Shown here in pieces: positions 62,722 to 64,000 of a DNA stretch of 64,000 bases (positions are counted from its first letter, which is position 1; every line of letters begins with the position of its first letter). The stretch lies in assembly GCA_963767925.1 (NCBI GenBank), contig CAVYGB010000008.1, forward strand, positions 1,728,001 to 1,792,000. The letters run 5' to 3'. The position numbers were made by a program, and so were the translations under genes. Source of the DNA: an uncultured delta proteobacterium. Lineage in GTDB: Bacteria; Myxococcota_A; Polyangia; Fen-1088. The notes under the pieces are model-generated. The model saw only the letters and a list, made by a program, of their open reading frames with translations. It was not told the DNA's origin and searched no databases.

Positions 62722-62755
62722 GTCAAACCGCTTGCCCATCGGCAAACGCTTTGAC
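62722..62755. promoter_or_regulatory. Inverted repeat of LacI-operator-like half-sites
   Basis: GTCAAACCGCTTGCC-catc-GGCAAACGCTTTGAC (13/15 match as inverted repeat) upstream of the esterase. Confidence 0.45.
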
Positions 62756-62810
62756 TTGACGCGCCCAAGGCGGGCAGGCTCCCTCGGACATATCCACCGG
62801 GGGAGTTGCC

Positions 62811-63977
62811 ATGAAAAAGAGCCCGCCATTCGTAACGTTTTCGTCCCGTAGGCCGCTGCTGCTGATTGCCGGCCTGGCAATCTCCCTCACGGCCTGTCCA
62901 GCCGAAGATCCGCCGTCAGGCGGAACCGGCGGCGCCGGCGGCTCGGCCACCGGAGGCCGCGGCGGCTCCACCGGCGGCAGCGGCGGCTCGGCCGGCACCG
63001 GCGGCTCCGCAGGCACCGGTGGCTCCGCCGGTGTGGGTGGCAGCGGCGGCGCCGGAGGCACCGGCGGCACCCGCCCCGCCGACGCCCGCTCCGCCGACCG
63101 CCCCGCCGACCTCCGCCCCACCGACGCCCGCCGCCCCGACGGCAGCCCCCCCGACACCGCCGGCAACGCCGCCAGCGGTCGTGGTGGTCCCCCCAAGCCC
63201 AGCGCCGGGTGTGGCAAGCCGAATCCCGCCACCGGCCAGCGCACGCTGATGACCGGAGGTCGGAGCGGCCCTTACCTGGTCTTCCTCCCCGCCGACTACA
63301 ACCCCAACACGCCCTCCCCCCTCGGCTTCGCCTTCAACGGCTTCAGCCGCACCTACACCCAGTGCGCCAACGAGGGCGACTGCTCCGGGTTCAAGGGTCT
63401 GAACGCGATCACCGTCTTCCCGGAGTCGTTCGGACAGGGCTGGGAGACGCCCGCCGCCGGCCTGGCCTCGAACATCCAGTTCTTCGAAGAGCTGCTCACC
63501 CTGGTCAAGAACGAATACTGCGTGGACGAGAACCGCATCTTCATCGCGGGCGTCAGCTCCGGCGGCCAGTTCGTCGAGCACCTGTCTTGCCGCTTCGGCG
63601 ATCAGCTCTGGGCCGTTTCCCCCATCGCGGCCTACGTCGATCGCGGCGTCGACATGAACTGCAAGGGATCCCCCCCGCAGATTGTGATTCACGGCGTGAC
63701 CGATGGCGCCGGGAACCGCGGCCAGGACGTGGCCCAGCTCTTCGCTCGACGCAACAGCTGCACCACGGCTCCGACCGCCGAGATCGCACAAGCGCGAACC
63801 GAGATGATGGCCGCCTTCAACGCCAGGCGGGCAGAGGTTCGATGCGTGAACTGGCAAGGCTGCACCGCCCCCGTCCGGTACTGCCTCTTCTCGCAGATCA
63901 CCTACGACAACCTCACCCACGGCTGGCCCCGAACCGGCGGCATGCTGATCCAGGAGTTCCTCGGCGGCCTCAAGTAG
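62811..63977 (+). CDS. Lipoprotein alpha/beta-hydrolase (CE1/LpqC-like esterase) with Gly-rich linker
   Basis: Lipobox 'LTAC'; GGSGG/GTGG linker; nucleophile 'GVSSGG', 'IHGVTD', 'HGWP'. Confidence 0.85.
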   Translation: MKKSPPFVTFSSRRPLLLIAGLAISLTACPAEDPPSGGTGGAGGSATGGRGGSTGGSGGSAGTGGSAGTGGSAGVGGSGGAGGTGGTRPADARSADRPADLRPTDARRPDGSPPDTAGNAASGRGGPPKPSAGCGKPNPATGQRTLMTGGRSGPYLVFLPADYNPNTPSPLGFAFNGFSRTYTQCANEGDCSGFKGLNAITVFPESFGQGWETPAAGLASNIQFFEELLTLVKNEYCVDENRIFIAGVSSGGQFVEHLSCRFGDQLWAVSPIAAYVDRGVDMNCKGSPPQIVIHGVTDGAGNRGQDVAQLFARRNSCTTAPTAEIAQARTEMMAAFNARRAEVRCVNWQGCTAPVRYCLFSQITYDNLTHGWPRTGGMLIQEFLGGLK

Positions 63978-64000
63978 CCCCGAGCCGGGGCGTCGTTCAC

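Noticed and set aside
62920..63070. GGC-rich repeats as a DNA repeat element
   Set aside because: Simply encode the Gly/Ser/Thr linker common in myxobacterial lipoproteins.

Overview
Very GC-rich bacterial chromosomal DNA. The gene content points to Myxococcota, probably a Polyangia/Haliangia-like myxobacterium: three tandem bactofilins, a DUF6178-like protein, Cys-rich repeat lipoproteins, ECF sigma/FecR-TPR cassettes and PrkA. The backbone is housekeeping, mostly on the minus strand: nnr, glmM, ftsH, tilS, fabZ, skp, lolC/E, lysS, prfB (canonical +1 programmed frameshift), purF, family-4 udg, coaBC, carA, pyrC, pyrB, pyrR and hisS. Interspersed are envelope/signalling modules: a TPR + Cys-rich lipoprotein + GldA/F/G-like ABC + DUF4340 block, two ECF sigma cassettes, a STAND-like ATPase-TPR protein, a DacZ-type diadenylate cyclase and an XPB-Bax1(DUF790) pair. 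I saw no rRNA, tRNA, CRISPR array, transposase or integrase. Most notable unexplained signals: (i) four co-oriented DnaA boxes arranged as a duplicated module between lysS and prfB; (ii) a 12-bp tandem array abutting the prfB promoter; (iii) a ~110-nt strand-polarised hairpin in an empty intergenic gap (candidate ncRNA); (iv) a FecR/ECF cassette with a small beta-barrel in place of a TonB-dependent receptor; (v) skp-fabZ without lpxD/lpxA; (vi) three single-base insertions in pyrB/pyrC around an inverted insertion; (vii) repeated leaderless-type promoters. All family assignments come from motif recognition, not database searches.
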